This document shows, piece by piece, positions 43,812-53,436 of a stretch of 64,000 bases of DNA. Within the stretch, counting starts at the first letter, position 1, and the number at the start of each line of letters is the position of its first letter. The stretch is taken from NCBI GenBank assembly GCA_038207085.1, contig JBBRAE010000011.1:1-64000 (forward strand). The letters run 5' to 3'. A model generated the notes under the pieces. The model saw only the letters and a program-made list of their open reading frames with translations. It was not told the origin of the DNA and did no database searches. Position numbers and translations under genes: made by a program. Source of the DNA: Armatimonadota bacterium. GTDB taxonomy: Bacteria > Armatimonadota > UBA5829 > DTLH01.

Positions 43812-45893
43812 TTACCTCGTCGGCTCCGGCATCTTGCTTCGGAGGGTGGATATGATCGTCGGCTCGGGTTGGATTCCCAGAGCTTCGACAGCGTGAATAT
43901 GTTCCCAAGCGTGTCTGTAGTCACCTGTTTTGAGCTCTGCTACAGCGATTTGGTAGAGTGCGGCCTGGAAGTTGGGGTCGAGCTCAAGTGCGCGCTCGAA
44001 ATATGGAATTGCCTCGGCAAATCGCCCCAACTGGTTCATTGCGTACCCCACATTGTAGTGCGCTACGCAAAATTTGGGGTCGAGCCTAATAGCTTCCTGA
44101 AACGCCGCTATCGCATCCTCGTTTCGCCCAAGCTCTCCAAGGGCCATTCCGAGCTGGTTTTGCGCCTCTGCGTTATCGGGTGAAATCTCCGTAACCTGAC
44201 GAAGCGCGTCGATGGCGTCATCGTGCCGTCCGACCTTGCCTGCCATATCGGCGACACCCCGAAGCGCCGCGGTTTTCAATCTCTTTGGGTATTGTTCTGC
44301 GGAGAGTTTGTACTGCTCCAGCGCCTCAAGATAGAGCTTCTTTGCGCCGTATGCTGTCCCAAGATTGAAATGCGCGACGGCAAAGGGTTCGCGAAGCTTG
44401 AGGGCGGCGTAAAGGTGTTCTATTGCCAGGTCCAAGTCACCGTGAGATATGAACGCATGAGCGATGTTGCTCTGCGTTATAGGCTGTGTTGAGTTGATAT
44501 CGAGCGATGTTTGGTAACACTCGATCGCTCTATCGAGGAGCGCCGGGTCTTTTTTGGCCCCATACTGGACTTCATACTCCACACCCAGGTCTGCCCAGGC
44601 GAGGTGACTCCTGGGGACAACTCTGACGGAGTGCTCGAATATCGAGACGCTGTTCTTCCAGTGTCCAACTTGCGCATAGGTGACAGGCAGGTAGACGGCG
44701 ATCAGTGCAACAGCGGCGGCGGCAAGCATCTTGGGCGTAGCCCATCGGGATACAAGCTCGGGAATACCCCACGCGAGGACCACAAACAGCCCAACAAACG
44801 GCACATAGGTGTATCTGTCCGCAGAGCCCTGGCTTCCCACCTGCACGAGGCCGATCACGGGGATCAGTGTCACAATAAACCAAAGCCAGCCGGTCGCGAG
44901 ATATGGGTTCTTCCTGGCACGTTTTATGACAAAAGCCGTGATACAGGCAAGCACGACAACCGACCCTGCGAGGCGGAGCAGCATATCGCCTTCAAAAAGT
45001 CTGGCTCCGGGGTGCGGGTAGAACACTGCAAGTGGACTGGGCCAGATCAGCTTGCCGATGTAGCTTACGTAGGCCAGGAACGCGTTTCCGACCCGGTACT
45101 GCACGGGAAGCGACTCCATCGAGCCGACGGCCCCCGTTCCCCGCTGCACCACAAACGTCACCACACACGAAGCAAGCACAAGCGCGAACAGCGGCAGCTT
45201 CTCGACGATGAGCGCCTTCCAGCCCTTGCCGGATCTTCCAAGCGGCCAGTAGTCGAGCATCAACAGCACCAATGGCAGCGTGACGAGCATGGGTTTTGAT
45301 AATAGGCCGAGAACCAACGCGGTCACGACAAGAGTGTATTTGCCGGTGCTCGGGCGCTCGACATAGAAGGCGTAGGCGTACATCGTGAGCGCCCAGAAAA
45401 GGGTCGAGAGCACGTCTTTGCGCTCTGCGACCCAGGCGACGGATTCCACATGCGCGGGATGAACGGCAAAGAGCGCCGCTACAAACGCGGCTTTCCAGAC
45501 GGCTCCGGTCATCTTTGAGAGCACAAGGAACAAGAACACCGTCCCAAGTATATGGAGAAGCAAACTTGTGAGGTGATGCAGCCCCGGCTTGTTGAGCCCG
45601 AAGAACTGCACGTCCGCCATATGCGATATCCAGGTCAGCGGGTGCCAGTTTGCGGAGTGCCCGTGGTTTGTGAACGCCCAGGCGATGTTCTCTGCCGTTA
45701 GTCCTCCTCTGATGAAAGGGTTGGCGCTCACGTAATCGGGGTCATCGAGCATGATGAAACCGCTGTGGGCGACGCGTGCAAAAACGGCCACTGTCCCGAT
45801 GACCAGCAGCAGAATGATCGCGATATACACCCGCCTGTCGGTCGGCTGCGCCGGCGCTACTTTGGGTGAGAGTGTCTTTTTGCTGGTTTTCAT
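43812..45893 (-). CDS. TMTC-like GT-C + TPR protein (paralogue 5)
   Basis: LDDPDY, NWHPLTWISH, HVESVAWVAERKD, ADRYTYVP; longest TPR region. Confidence 0.85.
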   Translation of the reverse strand: MKTSKKTLSPKVAPAQPTDRRVYIAIILLLVIGTVAVFARVAHSGFIMLDDPDYVSANPFIRGGLTAENIAWAFTNHGHSANWHPLTWISHMADVQFFGLNKPGLHHLTSLLLHILGTVFLFLVLSKMTGAVWKAAFVAALFAVHPAHVESVAWVAERKDVLSTLFWALTMYAYAFYVERPSTGKYTLVVTALVLGLLSKPMLVTLPLVLLMLDYWPLGRSGKGWKALIVEKLPLFALVLASCVVTFVVQRGTGAVGSMESLPVQYRVGNAFLAYVSYIGKLIWPSPLAVFYPHPGARLFEGDMLLRLAGSVVVLACITAFVIKRARKNPYLATGWLWFIVTLIPVIGLVQVGSQGSADRYTYVPFVGLFVVLAWGIPELVSRWATPKMLAAAAVALIAVYLPVTYAQVGHWKNSVSIFEHSVRVVPRSHLAWADLGVEYEVQYGAKKDPALLDRAIECYQTSLDINSTQPITQSNIAHAFISHGDLDLAIEHLYAALKLREPFAVAHFNLGTAYGAKKLYLEALEQYKLSAEQYPKRLKTAALRGVADMAGKVGRHDDAIDALRQVTEISPDNAEAQNQLGMALGELGRNEDAIAAFQEAIRLDPKFCVAHYNVGYAMNQLGRFAEAIPYFERALELDPNFQAALYQIAVAELKTGDYRHAWEHIHAVEALGIQPEPTIISTLRSKMPEPTR

Positions 45894-45933
45894 TGTTCTC
45901 CGGATCGACGGCGCTATCCGCGCCGTCTCTTAG

Positions 45934-46006
45934 CCCGCTTTATTCGTGAAGCGAATAAAGCTTTCGCTAACAGAGCATTATTCACGCTACTCGTGAATAA
46001 TGCGGG
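45934..46006. mobile_element. 73-bp MITE-like element, copy 3
   Basis: Flanked by TTAG direct repeats (45930-45933, 46007-46010); identical to the reverse complement of copy 1. Confidence 0.8.
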
Positions 46007-46019
46007 TTAGAGGCTGGCG

Positions 46020-47837
46020 CTATGCGCCACCGGCTCGTGTAAGCTCGTCGATGATCTCCTGTGATATCTGCACACCCCGGCTTTGCGCGTCTTGGACAGC
46101 AGTCAGGGCGCTCCGGTAGTCCTTCATCTCTAAGAGTACAACTGGAAGATTGGTGAGTGCCGGTCCGTAGGCCGGATCAAGCACGAGCGCACGTCTGTAG
46201 GCATCCACAGCCTCGCCGAGCCTTCCCTGACGATGATATGCGAGCGCCAGATTGTACGTTGACTCAACTAGGTCAGGCTGCAGTTCGGTGGCGCGCTTGA
46301 AGTGCTCGATAGCTTCGTCGTAGCGTTCCTGCATCGCGAGCGCTTTGCCCATGTTGTTGTGAGCATCAGCCGAGTTCGGGTCGATACTGAGTGCGATGCG
46401 GCAGTGCTCCTCCGCGCGTTTGATATCACCCTTCATAGCAAGCGTGTTGCCGAGATTGGTGTGCGCGAGCGAGTAGCCTGGTCTGTATCTCAGAGCGAGC
46501 TCATAGTTTGTCATCGCTTCATCGACCCTGTTTTCGTCCAAGAGCGCGTTTCCAAGGTTATTGTAGCAGAACCAGTTGCCCGAGGTCACCTCTACTGCGT
46601 GAGCGAAAACGGTCCTGTTGCTAGTCCAAGTTCCTGCCAGCTTGAAGGTTGCCATCGAAAGCGCAATCAGGATCACCGATGCCCCGAGGGCGAGGAGCGT
46701 ACGTCGCTGTGTTCCAACAAGCTCCCAGGCCCCATAGGCAACTATCAGAAATAGTCCGATAAATGGAATGTAGCTGTAACGGTCGGCCATAGCTTGCCCG
46801 CCTACCTGTATTACGCCGATAACAGGCACCAGTGTTCCAACAAACCACAGCCAACCGACGGCGACGTAGGGATGCCGTCTGGCAAGCTTGAGCGCAGCAA
46901 AGGTTATCGCGATCAGAGCCAGGGCGCATACGGCGGCAAGTGGGAACGAGACGCTTTTCTCCGGGTGTGGGTAGAACATCGCGAGCCGGGTGGGCCAGAG
47001 CATCTTGCCGATGTAGGTCAAATATGCAATAAGCGCGTTTGCGACTCTGTAGGGCAGGGGAATGGAGGCCATCAGAGATGTCGCACCGCCAGCGTGCTGG
47101 GCTGTGTAGGTCATCACACACGAGGCGATTGAGAGCACAAAGAGAGGGATTTTCTCAACAACTAGCACGCCTGCCTTCTCCCGCGAAAACCGCCCAAGCG
47201 GCCAGAAATCGACCAGCAAAAGGACAATGGGCAGCGTAACGAGCATCGGCTTTGCCATCAGCCCAAGCGCGAACAGGGCCGCTAGCGGGATGTATCGCAG
47301 GGCGCTCTTCTTCTCTGTGTAGAGCACATACGCGCCGAGAGTGAGCATCATAAAGAAGGTCGAGAGCACGTCTTTACGCTCGGCGACCCACGCGACCGAT
47401 TCCACATGCATGGGATGAACGGCAAAAAGCGCCGCGACAGCCGCCGCCGGCCATATCTGCGCTGTCAATCGAAAGAGAATCAGAAAGAGTAACAGGGCGC
47501 TCGCGATATGCAGTGCGAGGTTTACCGCGTGATGTCCCCGCGGGTTCATTCCGAAAAGCTCGATGTCGAGCATATGGGAGAGCCACGTCACCGGGTGCCA
47601 GTTCGACGCGTGTCTTGCCGTAAATGCCCACTGCACCGACTTCGGCGTTAATCCGGCCTGAACATGCGTGTTTGATGTGATGTATTCGGCGTCGTCGCAA
47701 TTGTCGATGAACCCTGCCCGCAGCACCGGCAAAAACGCAGCTAAAGTCAAGATCACAAGCACGAGAGCGACCAAAACGACCATCGCTTTGCTTGTCACTG
47801 TTGTATGTTTTACCGGTGGCCTCTTCTTAGCAGCCAT
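46020..47837 (-). CDS. TMTC-like GT-C + TPR protein (paralogue 6)
   Basis: CDDAEY, NWHPVTWLSH, HVESVAWVAERKD, ADRYSYIP, TPRs; ATG 47837 avoids overlap with the upstream gene. Confidence 0.85.
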   Translation of the reverse strand: MAAKKRPPVKHTTVTSKAMVVLVALVLVILTLAAFLPVLRAGFIDNCDDAEYITSNTHVQAGLTPKSVQWAFTARHASNWHPVTWLSHMLDIELFGMNPRGHHAVNLALHIASALLLFLILFRLTAQIWPAAAVAALFAVHPMHVESVAWVAERKDVLSTFFMMLTLGAYVLYTEKKSALRYIPLAALFALGLMAKPMLVTLPIVLLLVDFWPLGRFSREKAGVLVVEKIPLFVLSIASCVMTYTAQHAGGATSLMASIPLPYRVANALIAYLTYIGKMLWPTRLAMFYPHPEKSVSFPLAAVCALALIAITFAALKLARRHPYVAVGWLWFVGTLVPVIGVIQVGGQAMADRYSYIPFIGLFLIVAYGAWELVGTQRRTLLALGASVILIALSMATFKLAGTWTSNRTVFAHAVEVTSGNWFCYNNLGNALLDENRVDEAMTNYELALRYRPGYSLAHTNLGNTLAMKGDIKRAEEHCRIALSIDPNSADAHNNMGKALAMQERYDEAIEHFKRATELQPDLVESTYNLALAYHRQGRLGEAVDAYRRALVLDPAYGPALTNLPVVLLEMKDYRSALTAVQDAQSRGVQISQEIIDELTRAGGA

Positions 47838-47838
47838 A

Positions 47839-49350
47839 CTACTTTGCCGCTCCACTGTTGATGGTATTGATCCAGTCCTTGACCCCGGGGATATCCAGGT
47901 CGAACCCGTCACTAACAGCTCGATCAAGCTCTCTCTTGGCGGCGACGGGGTCACCTGTGACATAGAGCGCGCACGCGAGGTTGAAGCGGGCGACTGTCCA
48001 CTTAGGTTTCAGCTCAAGCGCCTTCCGGATGTGGGGGATCGCTTCTGCGAAGCGATTGTCATTGGCGTAACCCATTCCAAGCTCGTGTTCGGCGAGGTAG
48101 TTGTTCGGGACGGCTGCCATCGCGTGCAGGAAGAGCGTTTCGCTGTCCTTCCAGACCTTGACCTGAGCAAAAGAAAGCACGGAGAGCGTGACAAGAATTA
48201 TCGCAGAGATGGGGAGAAGTACCTTCGTCCGATTTTGAATCCACGCCTCGGGCACAGCCCAGACAATCGCGACAAACACCCCGATCAGCGGGATGTAGGT
48301 GTAGCGGTCCGCGTAAGCCTGCTCACCGACCTGCACCAGGCCAATCACGGGTATGAGCGAGACAATATACCATAGCCAGCCGCTCGCGATATATGGCTTA
48401 GTGCGTCGTATCACGACGGCAAGTGCGGTCATTGCGACGATAAACCCGCCGCTTGTCACGAGTTGCCATGTGGGCCAGCCGCCGACCGGATGCGGGTAAA
48501 GCGCGGCGAGCCTGAGCGGCCAGAACATCTTCCAGATATATGCGGCGAACGCCACTCCCGCGGTCAGTATGCGCTCGCCAATCGAATACGCGCCAAGGGA
48601 TTGCACAGCTCCACCCGCGTTTTGGGCGAAGTAAGTCGCGACACATGAGCCAATCGCAAGAGCAAACAGCGGGATTTTCTCACGAATAAGCCTTCCCCAG
48701 CTTTCGCTTCTCCCGAGCGGCCAGCGGTCGATTACAAGAAGCAGTATCGGCAGCGTGACAAGCATCGGTTTGGCGAGAAGCCCCACGGTGAAAAGCGACG
48801 CCGTCAATACATAGTCAAAAGGCCTGCGCGACCCGACATAACGGTGGTACGCAAGCATCGATAACAGCAGAAAGAACGCGCTAAGCACGTCTTTACGCTC
48901 GGAAACCCACGCCACCGACTCCACGTGCAGTGGATGAAGCGCGAAAAGCGCCGCCACAACTGCGCTTCGCCAGAAACTCCCGGTAAGTCTCGTAAGAAGT
49001 ACAAACAGCAGCAGGATATTCACGAGGTGAAGCAGGATATTCGTGAGGTGGTGCATCCCCGCGTTGCTCCCGTAGAGCTGGCAGTCGACCATGTGAGATA
49101 TCCATGTCAGCGGGTGCCAGTTTGCGGCATGGGACGATGTGAACGCCCATATGACGTTATCTAGGGTAACCCCGCCGGTGACGTGTTCGTTCAGGGTGAC
49201 GTAGTGTTCGTCGTCGTGATACATTTGGAAACCAAACGCCGTCGCCTGCCAGTAGACGGCAATCGTCAGGATGAGTATCGCCGCAATGACTGCGACCTTC
49301 AGTCCCATGCCCGTGTTGTCTTTGGGCGAAAATACTGGTTTCTTCGTCAT
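47839..49350 (-). CDS. TMTC-like GT-C protein with short TPR tail (paralogue 7)
   Basis: HDDEHY, NWHPLTWISH, HVESVAWVSERKD, ADRYTYIP; only ~2 TPR units. Confidence 0.83.
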   Translation of the reverse strand: MTKKPVFSPKDNTGMGLKVAVIAAILILTIAVYWQATAFGFQMYHDDEHYVTLNEHVTGGVTLDNVIWAFTSSHAANWHPLTWISHMVDCQLYGSNAGMHHLTNILLHLVNILLLFVLLTRLTGSFWRSAVVAALFALHPLHVESVAWVSERKDVLSAFFLLLSMLAYHRYVGSRRPFDYVLTASLFTVGLLAKPMLVTLPILLLVIDRWPLGRSESWGRLIREKIPLFALAIGSCVATYFAQNAGGAVQSLGAYSIGERILTAGVAFAAYIWKMFWPLRLAALYPHPVGGWPTWQLVTSGGFIVAMTALAVVIRRTKPYIASGWLWYIVSLIPVIGLVQVGEQAYADRYTYIPLIGVFVAIVWAVPEAWIQNRTKVLLPISAIILVTLSVLSFAQVKVWKDSETLFLHAMAAVPNNYLAEHELGMGYANDNRFAEAIPHIRKALELKPKWTVARFNLACALYVTGDPVAAKRELDRAVSDGFDLDIPGVKDWINTINSGAAK

Positions 49351-49383
49351 CTGCTAACTCCCCGGGTCCGCATTGGAGGCAAG

Positions 49384-50142
49384 CTACCTCTTTTTTGCCG
49401 GGAGGTATTTGGGATGAGAAATTCCCCACCTGGCAAGTCGGTAGGCAAGCGCCGTAGAAAGACATCCAAACCCGTATTTGACGCTCCTGCGGAAGTTGAT
49501 CGATGACGCCTCAGGCGAATATCGTGCGGGACAGCTTACTTCGCCGATCCTGTAGTCCTGCCAGATCACCTGGGATAGCATTTGGTTGTCGAACACGAAG
49601 TCGTCGGAATTGAGCTTGAGCGGCAGGTTTTCAAGCACCTCGCGTGAAAACGCCCGGTAGCCGGAATGATATTCGGAGAGCTTCGCACCCATCATCAGGT
49701 TTCCAAATAGCGTCAGGAACCGGTTGGAGATGTAGCGCCACGCCGGCATTCCGTCTTTCATGGCGCGGCCTCCGAGGATTCGCGAGGCGACGACGCAGTC
49801 GTAGAGCCCGTTTCCGATGAGCGCGGCAATCGCAGGCACCAGCTTCGGGGTGTACTGATAATCCGGGTGGACCATGATGACGATATCCCCGCCGTGCTCC
49901 ACTGCGAGTCTGTAGCAGCTCTTTTGATTGCCGCCGTAGCCTTTGTTCTCAGCGTGGGTATGCACGACGGTGTTCGGCAGCATCCTGGCGACAGCCGAAG
50001 TGTTGTCGTGGCTTGCGTCATCGACGACAATCACGAGGTCGACAATTCCCTCCTGATCCATGACTTCGTTATATGTCTGAACGAGGGTGTTCTCCGCGTT
50101 GTATGCGGGCATTACAACGACGACCTTCTTATCTTTGAACAT
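49384..50142 (-). CDS. GT2 glycosyltransferase, DPM1/polyprenyl-phosphate sugar synthase-like
   Basis: VVVVMPAYN, VDDASHD, NKGYGGNQK, HPDYQY, SEYHSGYRAF, FVFD; soluble, no TM block. Confidence 0.85.
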   Translation of the reverse strand: MFKDKKVVVVMPAYNAENTLVQTYNEVMDQEGIVDLVIVVDDASHDNTSAVARMLPNTVVHTHAENKGYGGNQKSCYRLAVEHGGDIVIMVHPDYQYTPKLVPAIAALIGNGLYDCVVASRILGGRAMKDGMPAWRYISNRFLTLFGNLMMGAKLSEYHSGYRAFSREVLENLPLKLNSDDFVFDNQMLSQVIWQDYRIGEVSCPARYSPEASSINFRRSVKYGFGCLSTALAYRLARWGISHPKYLPAKKR

Positions 50143-50148
50143 GACTCT

Positions 50149-51822
50149 CTAGTTAGCCTCTATCTTTCTTTCGAAAATGTATATGCCATTGTCAGGCTTT
50201 ATGGGATAGGCGCGAGCTTTGTCGCCCCATATATATTCGGTTGTAAACGAGCTTGGCCCAAGGCCTCCGTAGTAAGTCATTACGTAGCCCATTTGAGTGT
50301 AGTTCTTGGGGATATATTCACCGAGCGCCCAGTTCAGTATCGTCATATCGGAGCCCTGCCTCCAAAGCCACGACGTGCTGATGCTGACGAAGACTATATA
50401 CTTCGGTTTGGACTTCTCGATCTCCGCGATCATTTCCTTCTGCATCTTGCCGGCGAGCTTCTGTCGCTCCATCAGGGGATAGGTATATATGTAGCCGGTC
50501 GCGCTACGCCTGTCTGCAAAGAACGGCAATTGCGGCTCGCTTCCAAGGACGGCGATAGTATCGGTTGGCTTGCTGTGAGCCTTAAGATACTTCGCGATCT
50601 CCTGAGTCTCTATCCATGGGTTGCCTCCGTAGATCGATCGTGTCGCCTGATCCATTGGGAGCCTGAGCAGAAACTCGGAGTGTGCGTTTATCGTGAAGAG
50701 CAGCCCCACGACGAAGACGGCGGCAGGGATATAGGAGACTGCCGCGATTCCAGTGAGCCTTTTAAGAATATTTCGAGCGGAGCCGACAAACACGCCGATC
50801 AAGAGCGCAAGCGAGGGCATCCAAGTTACGTAGTAGTGCTGGCGGAAGTAGAACCCCGGGACAATCGTTGCAAGCGAGAAGAGGAAGAACCCCGTCATCC
50901 AGAGTGCGCGCTTGCGGGTTGCTCCGTCAACCCACACAAGCACCAGCCCGAGACCTGCGAGCAGCCAGAGGACTACGCTCGGACCTGCCATCTCAGATGT
51001 GTTTTTCAAAAACACACCCAGCGCCTGGCCTACGGGTATCTCGCCGACATAGTTTCTGGCATACTCAAACGTCCACAGCCAGAACCTACCGAAGACTCCC
51101 GAGGCCGCCATAAGAGCGCAGATCAGAATATAGGGCAGCGCAGAGCAAGCAATAAACACACATGCTCGTCCTGTGATCGAAATAGCTCTAATCGGCCTCT
51201 CGCGAAGATCGTTTGCCAGGAGATATATGAGCACGAACGGGACGAAGAACATCCCCTGCTGCTTCATCGTAAGCGCGATACCTACAAGCACTCCTGACAG
51301 CGCGACGTGGAGGAGTTTCTTCGACTCCACAGCTTTCAGTGCAAAGAGAATACCGGCAAGCGCGGGTAGGACTACAAAATGCGTCGCGTGCGCCTGAGTG
51401 CCGAAGATGTTCTGGTTGATCGTGAGAAACCCGAACGCTGCAGCGGAGACTAGCCCGACCGTCGAGTCAAAGAGCCTGCGGGCGATCAGATACAGAAGCA
51501 CCATCGATGCCGCGTTTACTACAAGCAGCCCGAGATGTATCCCGACCACACTCTGCCCGAAAACGCCCATCACAAGCGCGTATGCGTAGTAGATGCCGGG
51601 GAGCTTCATATTGTAGGCGAGTTTGAACGGCGGGACGCCCTTCAGGATCAACTGGCCGACGTAGGCATACTCACCTTCGTCGCGCTCGATCGGTATGCCG
51701 AGCATCCTAATACGGATTGCCGCGTAAACGAGCACGATGACGCCAAGTATCGCCCACGACACCCACGACGGGGTCTGTCCAGCTTCGATCTGTGGCTTGT
51801 CCAGTTTCCTACGCTTGCCCAT
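50149..51822 (-). CDS. ArnT/PMT-like (GT-C) membrane glycosyltransferase
   Basis: ERDEGEY after TM1, P...Y..K.PG, MKQQG, FRQHYY; polytopic with a C-terminal soluble domain. Confidence 0.8.
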   Translation of the reverse strand: MGKRRKLDKPQIEAGQTPSWVSWAILGVIVLVYAAIRIRMLGIPIERDEGEYAYVGQLILKGVPPFKLAYNMKLPGIYYAYALVMGVFGQSVVGIHLGLLVVNAASMVLLYLIARRLFDSTVGLVSAAAFGFLTINQNIFGTQAHATHFVVLPALAGILFALKAVESKKLLHVALSGVLVGIALTMKQQGMFFVPFVLIYLLANDLRERPIRAISITGRACVFIACSALPYILICALMAASGVFGRFWLWTFEYARNYVGEIPVGQALGVFLKNTSEMAGPSVVLWLLAGLGLVLVWVDGATRKRALWMTGFFLFSLATIVPGFYFRQHYYVTWMPSLALLIGVFVGSARNILKRLTGIAAVSYIPAAVFVVGLLFTINAHSEFLLRLPMDQATRSIYGGNPWIETQEIAKYLKAHSKPTDTIAVLGSEPQLPFFADRRSATGYIYTYPLMERQKLAGKMQKEMIAEIEKSKPKYIVFVSISTSWLWRQGSDMTILNWALGEYIPKNYTQMGYVMTYYGGLGPSSFTTEYIWGDKARAYPIKPDNGIYIFERKIEAN

Positions 51823-51843
51823 AAGTGCAGATTCTCCTGTCGG

Positions 51844-53418
51844 TTACAAATTGTGGAACAGGTTAAAGGCGCTTGCGAAGACCCCGCGAGACATAAGTGC
51901 TTCGGAGGTGGTCACAATGACTATTATGAGCGCAAGCGCGATTCCTCTGTAGCGCTTGAGCTTGAAAACTCCAAGAACTGAGCCGAGGCCCATAAGATAC
52001 ATCGCGATAAACGGCACCAGCGCGCCCGATATCAGCCTGCCCGCGGCAAAAAACGGGAACTCTCTTGAAGGCGCAAACCAGTTACCGAAGTCATAGCGCA
52101 TCGACATAACAATCAGCATTCCGATGGAGGCGAGAAAGGCCACAGCCGAGAGTATGTCGGCAAACATAACCATTTTCTCACGTTTCTTGCGATATGACCA
52201 GATGCTTACAAGAAACGTAAGCACAAATAACGAAGAGCTGACAGCGTAAAACTTGTCCATTCCGAGGCTGGCCATCGGTTTTTGCTGCCAAATATACTCA
52301 CCTCGCCACAGGCTCGCCAGCGTCGCCTGCAGAAAGGCCCCAAACCCACCGGCGGTAAAAACGGGGTGGTCCCACATCTCCCAAAACGACTTGGTGCGCC
52401 ATCCGACGGCCTCGGCATATTGCCCGGTCAGGGTGGGCGACCCGCTGAAGTGCATGTTATACGCGAACCAGATGACGATTGGCAGCGCCGCAAAGAGCAG
52501 AAGAGTCCCCTGTTTCCAGATGACGCTTCGAAGTTCGCCCGCGCGCAAACTCTGGTAGAGCTTCAGTGCTACGACCGCCCCAAGTATTAACAAAATCGGA
52601 GCGTTTGTCAGTTTGGTGAGAAGCGCGCATGCGGCAAAGAGACCTGTAGCTGCGTGGAACAGATGGCTCCTGGATTTGTCTTTGTAGATCGCGATCAGGT
52701 TGTAGAAAGCAGCGCCAAACAGAAGTGCGGAGGGCACGTCGCTTTCGATTCCGTAGTACATGTCCTGCGGCAGGAAGGCGAGGAGTGCCGGGACTCCGAA
52801 GTGGAGGTAGTGGCGCTTGGGGTAGGTGCGCTTCATAAATACGTAAGAAAACCACAGCATTAGCCCGTAGAACACCACGTTCATCATTCGGATCCAGTAC
52901 AGGCTCTGAATGCCACTGAGTCCGATCGCTTTACCGAAGTTGTACCACTGTCCCCCGATCAGATAATAGAACGGCGGTTGCACCGACTCGTGGTTCGCTT
53001 GTATCTGGAACTGCCGGTTTACTTCCTGCACGTAAGCCAGTCGCTCGGGATGTTTGAACTTCCAAGCCGGGGTTTTGATTCTGATTTCTTTTTCAGCATC
53101 GTTGACCATCTGGGGCGTGAAGAAGAACTCCCAAGACCCGCTGGTAGAGATTTTTTTGATAGCTTCTTTGGAGTAAGCTTCGAGTCCGTGCGGAATGTCA
53201 AGCTTTGCGTAGCGGCAGACGATGTCGAAATGCGCCTGCTCATCTACATTGTTGAAGAACGGAAACGCGGCACAAAAGAACAGAACGCGCAGTGTCCCAA
53301 TCGCGCACAGCATGAGCACAATTGCGAGTTCATACCGGAGCCCAAAGTTAAATAGCACTGCAAATATGCCTTTGGGCTCCTTCACGACCTGAGTTATCGA
53401 AGGCTTGTGGTGTTTCAT
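51844..53418 (-). CDS. GT-C fold membrane protein, DUF2142-like putative glycosyltransferase
   Basis: DEQAHF after TM1, HESVQPPFYY, LTKLT, GRLI; polytopic. Confidence 0.7.
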   Translation of the reverse strand: MKHHKPSITQVVKEPKGIFAVLFNFGLRYELAIVLMLCAIGTLRVLFFCAAFPFFNNVDEQAHFDIVCRYAKLDIPHGLEAYSKEAIKKISTSGSWEFFFTPQMVNDAEKEIRIKTPAWKFKHPERLAYVQEVNRQFQIQANHESVQPPFYYLIGGQWYNFGKAIGLSGIQSLYWIRMMNVVFYGLMLWFSYVFMKRTYPKRHYLHFGVPALLAFLPQDMYYGIESDVPSALLFGAAFYNLIAIYKDKSRSHLFHAATGLFAACALLTKLTNAPILLILGAVVALKLYQSLRAGELRSVIWKQGTLLLFAALPIVIWFAYNMHFSGSPTLTGQYAEAVGWRTKSFWEMWDHPVFTAGGFGAFLQATLASLWRGEYIWQQKPMASLGMDKFYAVSSSLFVLTFLVSIWSYRKKREKMVMFADILSAVAFLASIGMLIVMSMRYDFGNWFAPSREFPFFAAGRLISGALVPFIAMYLMGLGSVLGVFKLKRYRGIALALIIVIVTTSEALMSRGVFASAFNLFHNL

Positions 53419-53436
53419 TTAGGGCTAATCACGGAC

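Noticed and set aside
47839..49350. Paralogue 7 as a truncated pseudogene
   Set aside because: All core motifs are intact, the stop abuts the next gene's start, and no out-of-frame TPR remnant follows
49867..51297. 476-aa plus-strand ORF and other long antisense ORFs (e.g. 9813-10745, 22533-23396, 60944-62047)
   Set aside because: Shadow frames opposite well-supported genes in GC-rich DNA, with no recognisable motifs
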